This document shows positions 25,539-37,789 of a stretch of DNA of 64,000 bases, piece by piece (the first letter of the stretch is position 1; each line of letters begins with the position of its first letter). Both the position numbers and the translations under genes were made by a program. The DNA comes from Podarcis erhardii (taxonomy: Eukaryota), in assembly GCA_964252035.1 (NCBI GenBank), contig OZ176205.1. The stretch is one strand, 5' to 3'. The notes under the pieces are model-generated. The model worked only from the letters and a program-made list of their open reading frames with translations. It was not told the origin of the DNA and ran no database searches.

Positions 25539-28500
25539 GACAGAACCAAAACACGAGCAAACTAGGAATCTATGCCTGCTAATCATAAGAAAGCTGGCCA
25601 AGATCCTACTTTTTCCACGCTCCCTGATCTGCCAGTTACAGAGGTGAATTATTAAGTAGAAACCCTTTAGGAATCACATCTCTGACAAAAGCTAAATCCC
25701 ATAGCAATCTTTAAAGATAAAGAACATGAACCAACTTTTTACATCCAACTGATGTCTTTGGAAGAGTTAAATATGTGTGTAAATCTCATTCATTAAAGTC
25801 AATGCAACAGAATGGGGTGGGGGAATGAAGTAGTATATTCAGAAATGTCTTATTAGATTTAGAATCTTGACAGTGCAATCCTAGGCATGCCTACTCAGAA
25901 GTAAGTCCCAATGAGTTCAATGTGACTTATTCCTAAGTAGGTGAAAATAAAGTGCATGCAATCATATGGTAAAATCATGATGTGAGCTGGACATTTATGA
26001 ACAAATTGTTTAAGTTTTATTCAAAGTACAACTTTAAGTACTAGAGTCAGAGATGTAAGTTTCTGCACCCTAAAGTAACATTTGCCATGCTGCAAATAAG
26101 CAGAAAGAAAATGTTGAAAGTACAAACCATTAGCATTATAGCAACGTTCTATTATTTGAGCTTAGAAATAGTTCATAGACAGTTGTTATCCAGAAACAGA
26201 AGAAAAACATGTTTTAGAGGACAAGTTTAGAATTCATGTCTGCATACTGCAATTAGCATCATTTCACTGATAATTCAGAAAAAGCAAATACTTGGCAATT
26301 TAAAAAAATCATATTACCTGTATGCTGGTGGGGAAAGACACTTCCACACTTGAATTATTAGAGGTCTATGCATAGCTGAGATAGTATAGTATATATATTT
26401 AATGAATTATCCTACTAATAAGACCTACTGTAGTACAAAAAATACTAACAAGACAATCTGCTATTATCAGGCAGCACCTATTACACACTAACCTTGGAGT
26501 AACTCCCATTGAACTCAATGGAGGTTACTTATGAGTAGATATGTATAGGTTTGCACTGTGAAAATAGCTGTTTAAACAAAGGACATGAAACAGAAACAGC
26601 AAGAAAGCATTTTGATTGTCCCCCTATTTACAAATGAGTGCTGTAGAAGCCACATCATTAACTCAGCACATTCTTTGTTCAGTCAACAAGAGATATGAGA
26701 ATCCTGAGGGGGTTTTTTTTTAATAATGCATGACAAAAAAGTCATGTGTTAATCCTAGAAGCTGTAGAACCAAAACACTCAAATCCCAATTTAAATATGT
26801 ACAAACATAGTAATCCATCTAAAAATACATATTAAAATAATACCCAAAGAATAAGATCAAACCCTGATGTGGTCAACTTGCAAAGTAGTGTACCAGGACC
26901 TGGAAGACCTAGATTCACATCCCACTTTAGGTCACTTGCAGAACTCAGATGCAAATCCTACTGAATTAAATGGGAATTATTCCAAGGTACTTATGCATAG
27001 GGTGATTGAAGAAGGCTTCAGTCCTAGTTACACATACTTGGAAGTCAATGGAGTTTACACCTATGTATTATTATGACTGAAGTGCAGGTGACCTTGGGGA
27101 AGTCATTAATCCTTACCTTTGCAATCGGTAAAAATGAGAATGATTGCCAAATAAGTCCTGAGAACTAGTAAACTATATCTGCAACAATATTACACAAAAC
27201 AGTGATTTAAAGGATTAATAAAGCCTAAAATGACTAAGTCATTATGAAACAACTCTATATGATAAATTGTTATTAAATTATGGACCTCAGAAAGTTATAA
27301 ACCTACAGAACTATAATTAAGGCAATTCTGAGTTCATCATTGTTGTTCTTAAATCACATTTAAATACCTGACAAAATTAGAGCTGCAGCAGGGAAAGAAG
27401 CTTTAAACTTCCTACACTAGCTTGGGACACATTAGTTAAACCCTGATCCAAAAATACAATGTACTGTATATGTGGAGGAGGATTGCAGCTTGCCAAACAA
27501 TGCCACATTTTTACCAGCTCAAAGACTAAGATTAAATATAGGTAGATTTTTCTGTCTATTTATAAGGTGTCTGTCTTTACAGCTGTCAACACATTTATTC
27601 AGAGTATTTAATTCCTTGCAGACATTCTCTGCAATTGTAGAACATCTCTACAAGCAGACATGAAAATGCATGTTTAATAAAATATAATAAAAGTTTAAAA
27701 TACAGTAAATGTGGACTTCAATCAAAAACTCAGAACCAAGTTGGTACAACAAGATCAGAACTTCCCTGCTCAGGTAGAACAGGCAATATCAACAAGCTCA
27801 GTGAATTTCTGAAAATTTCCAAACATAATTAACAACTTTCTGATCCTCTAGAATGAGATCTTAACAGTACATTTTAATGTGTTGTAAATATTAAAACTGA
27901 CCTCAAATATTATTAGTGTTATAAACAAGTAAGTTTTCTATTAATGTAATAATGGTTTCTTAAGATTAAAATTATTATTATTATTATTATTAAGATCCAA
28001 CAAAAAAGCTATTTCCATTGAGTTTTCATTAAAATGTTGAAGTATACATATGTGTCTAGCCATCGTAAGTTGACTTCTGTTCCTAATTAGCCGAATTCAC
28101 TGCAGGTTCACTTTGAAGTGAGTTCCATGGGACTTATGTACAACAAGTAAGGGTGCCCAGAACAGCAGCCTTGCATACATACTTATGTGTAACTTATTTC
28201 ACTCATGTTCTTTAAAAGTCTCACTGATGATAATCATGCTAATGAGTTTGTTTGGAACTAGGATGTCAATCATAAAATTATACGTTCATTTTACAATTTA
28301 TATTTTTGACATTGTTAAGTGATATGTAGTATTAATACTAAACATGTACCCATTCAACTTTCTATGAAAAAAAGAAAATTAAATATACCTTGATTATTGT
28401 TTTTAAAAGCATGCATTCATATGCAGAAAGGCAGAAGTGGAAATATTTTTTAGAAAATTATTAAAGGTACACTTTTAGTAAGATACTGGGTTTTAGCCTT

Positions 28501-29486
28501 AACTCAGAAATAAAGATAAGTCCCTAGAACTATGAGTACTATGTATATCTTTAAATGTTATGCAGATACATACACACTATACATACATAAGATCCCAATA
28601 CCTATGAACAAGCATGGTACAAGAGAGCACTGCTTTTTCCTAATTATACTTTTAAAATATGTACAACAAAGTACATATTTCAGATTTGGACTGTATCCTA
28701 TTTGGACTCAGAACAAGTTCTTGTTAGGAAATTTCCTCAGACAGGAAGTTGGTAAGGAAACTGCCTTATTAACTGAAATTTTAATGGAAGAATATCAAAA
28801 TATCACAAAAAATACACACCATGGATGAAGTGAAGCTCTTACAGAAGTACTATGTATCTCTTTGAAACTGGATGTTTTGAAAATCAATTTTAGTGGAAAG
28901 GGAATCAGTGGATTTTCTCATTCCAGGTGTCTTTTCCACCCCTACCCCCTTCTTTAACATCTTTCCTCTCATATCCATGAGTGAAACAGGTATGGGCCCC
29001 TGGAATGTTGGCAAGCCCCATATAATGAAAGCATCTTAGTCCCTGCCCCTTGCAATTTATTATTAAAAGCTCACAGGGATGGTCAGAATGAATCAGGGAG
29101 ATCAGGATACAAACCTAAAAAACAAACAAAGACAAAACAAAGACATATGCATATTATCTGAGGTGGTTTTTTCTTTGTGAAGCACAGAGATAAATGCCTT
29201 GTTTATAAGTGGAGGGGCTTTTTTTCGTCTTATTTATTCCCCTTGAATACCGAAAACTGGATACAATGGATAAACAGCCTCCAGAGTGTTGTTGCTGTTG
29301 TTGTTCCTTGTTATCCCACTGCTGTTTGAGACTCACGTTTCCAGAGCGAAAATCTCCCCACAAAAGCACAGAAAGCAGAGAAACGGGGAGAAAAGGAACC
29401 ATTTTAAAAATAATAATAATAAAAAGAGCGAGAAAGATTATGATCAGAATATGGCAGGGGTGGATGTGGTGGAATTTGAAATTTAC

Positions 29487-29531
29487 CTGAAAATCAGCCA
29501 GTATCATTTCTCTATCCATGTTGGACGCCAT
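29487..29531 (-). CDS. FAF1: FAF1 coding exon 1 (MASNMDREMILADFQ)
   Basis: ATG at 29531-29529; 15 codons matching the FAF1 N-terminus; donor CAG|GTAAAT; located at the edge of a CpG island. Confidence 0.97.
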
Positions 29532-30400
29532 TGCAGCCGGTAGTGTCCCCTCCTCCTATCTGAACTGTGCACCTGCAGGTTGCTGCTGGCGAGAACCGGG
29601 CTCCAGGGAGTTGGGGCTGGGGCGGGGGGTGGGGGGACGAGAGAGAAAGGGAGGCTAAGAGCTCATCTAAAACTCCAAACTCAGCCAAACCCCTCAGAGC
29701 CTCTCCCCAAATATCTCCCCTCTCCCAAAATCCACTGTCCCGGCTACGGGGGAGCTCGGGGAAGAAGGACTCCGGACCTGAAGGGTGCAAGGCAGCAGCT
29801 AGCCCTGCCTTTAAAGAAGGAGAGGAGACTCCAGAGCAGCTTCCTCCCTGCCTTGCAAGCGGCTGTCGCACATTTTGCCTGTCATTGAGGTCGCAAAGAG
29901 ACGCTTTCCGGCCGCCACGTGACTCGTCCTTCTGTCAAATGCTCGCAAGTGGCCGGAGGGGGCGGGGAGGCCAGGAACGGGTTGTGTAAGGAGCGGCAGA
30001 ATGAGCATTGCAAGGAGCAGCAGGGCAGATTGCACCGGGGGCGCCCCGAGGAGCTGGCCTAAAATGGTGCAGGGAAAGAAAGGGAAGGCTGGCGCGGGCG
30101 GGTTTCTCCCTCCGCTGCCTCTTCCTCCTGCTTCCTTGCAGAAGGGAAGGGGGCGGCGGAGGAGCTGCCAAGGTGGGCTCGGCAAATAGCTGCTGCTGGT
30201 GGAACTGCAGGCGCAGGAGAGGAGGGTTTTGTGGTGCGCTTTCAGAGGAGCTGTCGTAAATTCACGTGCTCTCTGTCCTGTGCCACGGGGTTACTGTAGT
30301 GTAGGCCTTCTCCAGCAGAGAGAACGACGAAGACTCTATATCCGGAAATGCAACAGAAACTCCCAACAACTCAAGCCTATATGCGTGTTTCTAGGAAGTA
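29500..30400. promoter_or_regulatory. FAF1 promoter CpG island, probably bidirectional
   Basis: GC/CpG-rich block against an AT-rich background. E-box CCACGTGAC (USF/TFE type) 29915-29923, GC box GGGGCGGGG 29959-29967, second CACGTG 30263-30268, ETS-type CCGGAAAT 30342-30349. Confidence 0.85.
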
Positions 30401-31129
30401 AGTAAAGGGTGCAATCCTGTTCCCAAGGAGCACCGTTACTCCAGAAGCTAGTACGACTTCTAAGTAAAATTCAGTGGGGATTATTTCCAATTAGGAAAGG
30501 TTGCAGCTTTTGGGAAGGAGGGCGCGCTTTGTTGTTTTTGCTAAATGTGTAGAGAGCGCTTTATAAATTGTGGCTCTCAGGGTGGCTTCAGAGGCCACGT
30601 CTTAACTAGAAGGTGTAAGGATTGCCACTTCTTTTTGATACAGAGTTTCTGTGCCTAGCCTGCATGGTGGACATGAATTCCGTAGGTCATGCTTTTCCCT
30701 GGCAATGCAAGCTGATGGGAGCTTTACCTGTTGGATTTTTGCATGTTGTGTAGCTTATGAAGGAGCAACAGCCCGTTCCTGAAAAAAGGTGGCAACTCAA
30801 GGTAAACGTGTGAATTTAGCTGTACCAATCACTACCAAACATAATTCTAGCCACACCAATCTCTTGGTGTCTTCCTACAGGGGGGGATAACCACACCCAT
30901 CTGTATCTTATGGATGGATCAACATGTATTGCATATTATTGAATGAGTGTCAGATCTAAATTAAAATTGAGATATCCACAGGATTACCATGCAGTGACTG
31001 TAAAGCACTAACACAAACTGCAGTGAAAAGGCAATCATTCTCATCATAAAGTGGCTGTATCTAGAATTTATATTTCTACTTCCAGCACTGTTTTTCTGGC
31101 CAGAACCAGAGTTAAAGAAGATACAGCAT

Positions 31130-31480
31130 TTTGATTCTTAAGTTTTGATCTGGCTGAATCTGAGGCCCTTCATGTGTCCCTTCCACACATGGTCTGGAAG
31201 GCTGCAACATGAGAACAGGCCTTTTCAGTGGTGGCTCTCCACTTGTGGAATGCTCTCCCCAACAATTGCCTGGCATCAGTGCTTTTTTCTGAGGGGACGC
31301 ATACCCCTAAACATTTTGTGAATCTACGTTTGGCCTCATTGAGGGGCAGTATTTCAATATGAATAGGAAAATGAGAGTACCCCTAAACATTTTTTTAGGA
31401 GGGGGGGAAAGTACTGTCTGGTACCATCAATAGGTACCAGGCAAAAACATACCTTTTTCATCAGGCCTTTGGCTTTTATT
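31130..31480 (+). mobile_element. L2 LINE 3' fragment (host of the hAT MITE)
   Basis: Encodes RPFQ/RAFSVVA-like 'AGGCCTTTTCAGTGGTGGCTCTCCACTTGTGGAATGCTCTCCCC', matching the L2 ORF2 motif RAFSV.AP.LWN.LP. Confidence 0.65.
31277..31416. mobile_element. hAT MITE, related to 25365-25538, nested in an L2 fragment
   Basis: CAGTGCTTTTTTCT ... AAAGTACTG termini; same two TACCCCTAAACAT repeats; degenerate TSD. Confidence 0.75.
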
Positions 31481-32229
31481 TATCTGTGGCCTTTTTACAT
31501 AGGTGTGTTGTTTTTATCTAGCTTTTTAAAAATAAAATTGTCTTTCCAATTTTCTAAACTGCTGCTTTTAATGTGTGTGTGTGTTTTGCTTAAAATATTG
31601 TAAGTTGCTTTGATTTGCTATGGCAAGACACTAAAAATAAATAAATGACTACTAAATTCCTGATATTCCCCAATTCAGGAGTGTGCCTTGGGTCGTTATG
31701 GTATTTGTTTTTTGATAGTTGCACTAAAGACTACTACTGTGACAATTCTCAAGGTGACTCAATATAACCTAGCTTTAAGTTAGACTTTAATAGTGGTGAC
31801 TGAAAAAGGAGGAACAATGAAGTACTTGATCTGAACCAAGCCCACAACCTATTTTCAATACCAGATCTCATGTCTGGAATGTATAAAGTGCCTTGGTGTG
31901 CACTATGCTACTAATACCAGTACCCAGACATACTAAGAAATTATAGGCAGGTTTAGTCAGAGTTAAGTCACACTGATGCTTGGAGCCATAGGCCCACTGC
32001 ACTACAGTGGTTCCGGGGGAATTTAGTTACAAAAATCAAAACCTGTTGATTCTGTGACGCTTACTTTTACCTAAGTGTGCTAACATAGATTTGCACTGCA
32101 GTCCTAAATGAATTAATGTGGAAGTAGATTTCTTTGATATATTTAAGTTTAAATAATTGTGGATTTCATTAGCTGATTGTGCCCAAAATTTTCCTAATAT
32201 TCCTGATATGGCTGGTGCTCCTGTCAAGG

Positions 32230-32530
32230 CTCTTGTCCCACTATTGAATGCATAGAGTCATTGACACAATCACTCCTGATTGCCCTCAATGTTGCTGTAG
32301 AGAGCACATAGATTGCCTTGGTATTCTAGTGACCTGCATGTGATGAAAGAGGAGCGTTGGTGGCTAGAGCACAAGTGGCATAAGACTCGGTCTGAATCTG
32401 ACTGGAAACAGATGAGACTACACCATCATGCCTACTTCAGAGCTTACTTCTCTGCCATCAGTGCATCTGCAAGGACCCATCCAGCAGAGCTTTTCCAAGT
32501 GGTGAATTTTGCTAGTTTGCCTCACTGAAA
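32230..32530 (+). mobile_element. L2 LINE internal ORF2 fragment
   Basis: PWYSSDLHVMKEERWWLEHKWHKTRSESD resembles the L2 PW...R.LER.WRK motif between the EN and RT domains. Confidence 0.65.
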
Positions 32531-33104
32531 AAGTGGGACATATATGCATGAGTATGCCAGTTTATACACTAATTCAGATTATACTACCCATTTTCCAGTT
32601 GTTGTTCCTTTAATTTCATTGCTAAACGACAGCTTACCTTTTGGATGGTGATGAAAGCATCTTATTATTTCACATCTATTTCCTGACAGCTTTCAGTGAG
32701 ACCTGGATTTACCTGCCTAGCGAGCTGAACCTGTCAAACATAACAAAGTCACAGTCTCCATGTTTTGTTTACATGGTTATTATATTCATGTATGCGCTGT
32801 TAAGATATAACTAGGATTAAGCAAAGAGTTACTAGAGCAAACAGGAAAATCTTTGTGCTTGGTTTGCTTGACATCTAAATAATGTATCTCTTTCTGATAA
32901 TTTATCTAGACATTTGGAGTCCTGGGGGAAGAAGCAAATATGAGATATCAGATGCACACACTTTCCTGTGAGTAAGACAGGTTTGGGCACAAACACACTT
33001 TCCTGGGATCAAATCCTATTGAACTCAATGGGATTTGCTTCTGTGTAAGATTGCAGTACCATGGAAAGGGTCATATTTCAGTGAAGGAGTACATACTTTT
33101 TGAG

Positions 33105-33450
33105 TTAGTTATTAAATTTATATCCTACCTTTCCTCTCAAAGGAGTCTAGGGCAGCAAATATCAGTGTAAAAACAATACAATTAAAAATAAAACAGCAAC
33201 ATGTTTTTTAAAAAAACCTTATAACAATTACATACTTTCATAGCAATAGTTTCAAGGCCGCCAGAAACAGAAACTTTCAGGCGTCAAATGAAAGGGAAAA
33301 TAGGAATGTTTTCAAATTCGTCCTGAAAGTTAATGAAGGGGGACAGCCACACCTCACTAGGGAGGGCATACCAGAAATAGAGAACCACCACTGAGAAGGC
33401 CCTGTCACAGGTCAACACCAACTGGGAATACCCAGTAGCAGCAACACCAA
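33105..33450 (-). mobile_element. L2 LINE 3' end
   Basis: Reverse of AGGGCCTTCTCAGTGGTGGTTCTCTATTTCTGGTATGCCCTCCC (RAFSVVV..FWYALP) plus A/T-rich L2 tail. Confidence 0.6.
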
Positions 33451-33479
33451 TAGGGCCTTGCATGCAAAAGGTCCCACAT

Positions 33480-33569
33480 CATAGCTGTCAACGTTTCCCT
33501 TTTTTTAAGGGAAATTCCCTTATTCCTAATAGGATTCCTCGCAAGAAAAGGAAAAAGTTGACAGCTATG
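33480..33569. mobile_element. hAT MITE (90 bp), copy 2, opposite orientation
   Basis: Perfect 13-bp TIR CATAGCTGTCAAC / GTTGACAGCTATG; perfect 8-bp TSD TCCCACAT. Confidence 0.93.
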
Positions 33570-33589
33570 TCCCACATTCAATCCCCAGA

Positions 33590-33714
33590 ATCCTCAGGTA
33601 GGGCTGGGAGAGATCCCTCTCTGAAACCCTGGAGAACCATTGCCAGTAAGCATAGACAATATTGTGCTAGATGGACCAATTGTCCAATGCAATATAAGGC
33701 ATTTTCCTATGTTC
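33590..33714 (+). mobile_element. SINE or CR1-related 3' tail fragment
   Basis: CTGAAACCCTGGAGAACC...CTAGATGGACCAAT...ATAAGGCATTTTCCTATGTTC resembles a common squamate SINE/LINE terminus. Confidence 0.55.
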
Positions 33715-33782
33715 AACTGTAATTTATCTTCCTGCTCTGCTTCAGAGTGCCACAGACATGAGGTCCAAGCATAGGGGCATCT

Positions 33783-33970
33783 TTCTTCTTCTTCTTTGGC
33801 GATCACTCATAGCCAAGCAAGATTGTCTTCCATAGACATGGTTTTAACAATGAGTCCATAAGTGACTGTGGAGGCCAATTCTGGACCCACACATCCTTCC
33901 ACAGTGGGGACATTGGTTTCTGGGCAGGAGTTGATCACGGTGTGGATTTACCAAGCATGCCTTCCTCTTA
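33783..33970 (-). mobile_element. 5'-truncated RTE-clade LINE 3' end
   Basis: Minus-strand KRKACLVNPHRDQLLPRNQCPHCGRMCGSRIGLHSHLWTHC* (C-terminal Cys/His motif of RTE ORFs); (AAG)n tail; candidate 7-bp TSD GGCATCT at 33776 and 33971. Confidence 0.8.
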
Positions 33971-36831
33971 GGCATCTATGTATAGGCACAGAGAGCGATA
34001 ACGGGATCTTCCACTGCAGTATATGTTGCCCAGGTAAAGCAAGTAATTAGAACTTCCAGTTACAGAAAATTTCTGTAACTTTAGGTTCACATTGAAGTGA
34101 ACATTTCACCTGGTGTAATTTTTCATATCACTGCGGCAAGATGATTAGAAAAGCCCTACATCCTGTGACTTTTCCTGCTATGCTGCTATTAAAGATACAG
34201 AAATCCCCTCAGGGCCATGCTGAGGCAGTGAAAAATAATTCTACACACAACTGGGTTATTTGCCACCCAGTTGTGTGGAATTGCTTTATGCCAGCACAGC
34301 TACCTCCAGGAACCTGTGGTGCTCGAATGGTTATTCCCCACACAATTGGGCTGAATGACACAATAAGTGGCATACAAATATTATGGCCACACCCCACAGA
34401 AGTATTTTCACAGCCTTTGTGGGGGTGGTGAAATGTTTGAATCATCTGTTTGGATCTACAAATAATTAAAGGTAAAATGTCAGTGGTAGAAATATACTGA
34501 TTCATACCTTCAGCTGACATAATTATCTATGAATTTGTCTTAGATAAACAAAACTTATTTGTGGAGGAGGAAGACAAAAGGAGATGATGATGATGATGAT
34601 GATGATGGTAGGAATTGATACAGAAAAACCTACGTCCTGGAACACTTAGGAACATCAGAAGTTGCCTTATACCAAAACATTGCTTCATTTAGTTGAGTAT
34701 TGTCTCCACTCTCCAGAGTTTCAAACTGCCCTCAAACTGCCTTCCCAAAATTGTCTAAGCAAAGGGCCAGGCTTTGGGAAGGAAGCACAAGGCTCTAGCA
34801 GGGTCCTAGAGCCCTCCCATCTAGTTTCCAAAGCTGAGAAAGCACAAACAGGGCTTTGGGAAGGAGGTGGAAGGACTCTGGGACCCTGTCAGAGCCCTCA
34901 CGCTTCCTTCCCAAAGCCCAGCACCTCACTCACCCAGCTTTGGGAAGGCAGCATGGGGGGGGGCTGCTTTCATATGTTACCAAGGGCCACCAAAAATGCC
35001 TCAGGGCTGCATGTTGGACCACCCTGGGCAGGAGCATACCTTTCATTTCTCTTCTGTTCTCTGTCCTGCATCAACATAATTCACACAAGGTGGAACTAGC
35101 GGGAGAGATTCCATGTGCTTGTTAGTCTCACATGTGAAAATGCTCTAAAGAGTAACCTAAGTTTTTCTTCTTGAAAAATTATTAATCTTTGGGTCTCCCA
35201 TGTTTTTAAATACGGGGGGGGGGGGGCTTATGTTAGGAAGCAGATGGAAACTTTGTACACATATAACAAGTCTGCTTCTATAGCTAGTACAGTATCATTA
35301 ATCCTGTCTGCCTTGGTCAATCTTCTATGTAATCTATGGTGACACAAAAGCCCCCAAGGTAAAATAACAAACAGACACTAGCTGATTCCGACTGTTGCAG
35401 GAATGACAAAATGCTGCAAGAGGTTTAGATTTGTGTTTGGCATTTTAATGACTTCTTGATGCTTTTATCAAGAGATGTATACAAACCCATCCAGAATCCA
35501 TATGCTTCCTGCTGAACAGCAGAGGCATATGACAGAGCTGAAAACTAAAAACAGAGAAGGCAATTCAAGGTTAACAGTGCAATCCTGTTTGTGGCTACTC
35601 AAAATTAAGTTCCACTGAGTTTAATAAGGCTTGCTCCAAAGTAAATGGGTACAAGATTAAACCAGTTATGTATACAGTATATGCTCAGCAATTTGTTTTC
35701 TCCACAAAAAGGGACCAGAACATAGGTTGGAGAATAAGAAGGTCCTTTAGGATCCAATTTCAAAAAAAAGGATAATTGAAGGACAGTGGTAATTCTTGAT
35801 ATAAGTTTCTGTTACAGGCTTTTGGTAACTTTTATTAGAACTGACAGGTGATACAGCTCTTGCCCAGAGTCTTCTACATATTTGTAGTGCCCTCCATCAG
35901 GGTTTGGCTTTAAACACATTCCGTGATATGCACAACCTGTATCTTTGTGCCAAACAGCGTATATATACTTAGCTGCAAATAAGTCCACCCACACGTTATT
36001 ACAAAGTGGCTATTTAAAACAAAAAAAAAATTAAAAAGTTGGAAAGCAAGTTTTGAGAATTGGGTGAAAGCCATTCCATTCCTGTCAGCCTTTAAAATTG
36101 TTGCATTGTCAACAATGTTGCAATATCATCCACAGACATCAGCTGAGGTTGAGAATTAGTCATTTTCAGTTCCTACAGGCAACACTGAAAGAAAGCTTAT
36201 AGCCATTCTAAGACATGAATGACTGAAATGGTTCCAAAATGCAAAGAATGAACTGAAATGAGGTGAATGCATAATAGGTAAATCATATGCAGTTTTATTT
36301 TATTGTAAATAGAAATGGAGTTCTTTTCCCTCTCATTCAATACAAAATAATGATTTTCCAGAAAACAGGAAAAAATATTATTTACCCTTCAGAATGAGTG
36401 TGTGTGAAGAGGGTGGTTTCATCGTAATTCTCATTATTCACTGCCAGTCTCTAACCTCCCACCTAGGGCTGACCAAAGTTATTTTGGTGTCTGAGATGGA
36501 ACAGTAAATACTCCACTCAAAAAGAAAAAGGAATTCAAGGTTCATAGTACCCAAGCCTAGCCAAGTCCTGCAACCATCTCTCCCAAGACGTTGTTGTGGT
36601 AAAGAAGAGGAAGAATAAGAAGAAAATTAATAATGATTATTTTCATATAACATCCACATTACTCTTCTTAATGGCCTCATCCCACCCCTCTGGTGTCATG
36701 ATGAACCCCAGGACAAAAACTGTAAACCAGAGACAGAATCACCAGCCCTCTAGATGCTATTGGACTACATCTCCCATCATCCCTGACCTTTGGCCATGCT
36801 GCCTGGGGCTACTGGGAGTTGGAGTTCAACT

Positions 36832-37159
36832 AAGGTGTAAAGGTAAAGGACTCCTGAATGGTTAAGTCCAGTCAAAGGCGACTATGGGGTTGCAGCGACC
36901 ATCTCACTTTTCAGGCCAAGGGAGCCGGCCTTTGTCCGCAGACAGCTTTCTGGGTCATGTGGCCAGCATGACTAAACCACTTCTGGCACAACGGAACACC
37001 GTGACGGAAGCCGGAGTGCACGGAAACTACACTGGTATGCTTTTGAAGCTGGGACAGAGCAACAGGAGCTCACCCCATCGGGTGGATTCAAACCACTAAC
37101 CTTCCAGTCAGCAAGCCCAAGAGGCTCAGTGGTTTAGAGCACAGCGCCACCCGTGTCCC
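36832..37159 (-). mobile_element. Sauria SINE (Squam1-type), with internal deletion
   Basis: Minus-strand head GGGACACGGGTGGCGCTGTGCTCTAAACCACTGAGCC, B box GGTTTGAATCC, (ACCTTT)n tail. Confidence 0.88.
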
Positions 37160-37171
37160 TATCTACATCTA

Positions 37172-37277
37172 GATGGCTGCATTGGTTAGAGCATGATACT
37201 GATAAAGCCAAGGTTATGGGCGTGATCCCTGTATGCCTCTAGGTCCCTTCCAACTCTACATTTGTATGATTCTATGA
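37172..37277 (+). mobile_element. Short tRNA(Ile-like)-headed SINE with CR1-type 3' tail
   Basis: TTGGTTAGAGCATGATACTGATAAAGCCAAGGTTATGGG resembles tRNA-Ile; ends GGTCCCTTCCAACTCTACA...ATGATTCTATGA (CR1 terminus). Confidence 0.6.
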
Positions 37278-37789
37278 CCACATGTTCCCTACGACTACAG
37301 TATGTCTTCTGTGCAAGACTCATATTATATGTGTGTTTAAATACAATCCCTAGCTGCTAGGAATTGCCTACCAGATCAAGGTGCTCAATAAATGTTTAGT
37401 AGTGGTTGCGGTGGTCAAAAGGTGAAGTCATGTCACTGAATAAACATTTATGTGTTAACAGCTTGAGCTATGCACATTTCTTCAGAGGTAAGTCCCAATG
37501 AACTGACTGTGGCTTATTTCCAAGTAAACATGCAAAGTATTGCTCCGTCAGTAAGGCTATAGACTTTTACTAGGAGGTAAGTTCCCAGTGGAATGTCAGA
37601 AGGCTAATAAATAATGTTTAGGATTGCACAGCAAGAAGAAAACTACTTCTTATAGTTTTAATGCTGGTATTTGATACAGTGTGCATATACATATATGTGC
37701 ACATATGCATCCATATACATAAACATAAACATTACGTATTATTACTTACAGCCCACACTTCACCAAATAGTCCCAGGGCACGTTACAAA

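Noticed and set aside
35812-35994. Minus-strand ORF with YIY-x10-YHG spacing resembling a GIY-YIG nuclease motif
   Set aside because: Lacks the conserved catalytic Arg and Glu, is only 60 codons, has a weak donor, and such a short pattern is expected by chance in six frames of 64 kb.
35400-36190. Series of minus-strand acceptor-like sites with short open frames (possible hidden gene between FAF1 and CDKN2C)
   Set aside because: No convincing donors, no consistent phase chain and no recognisable peptide.
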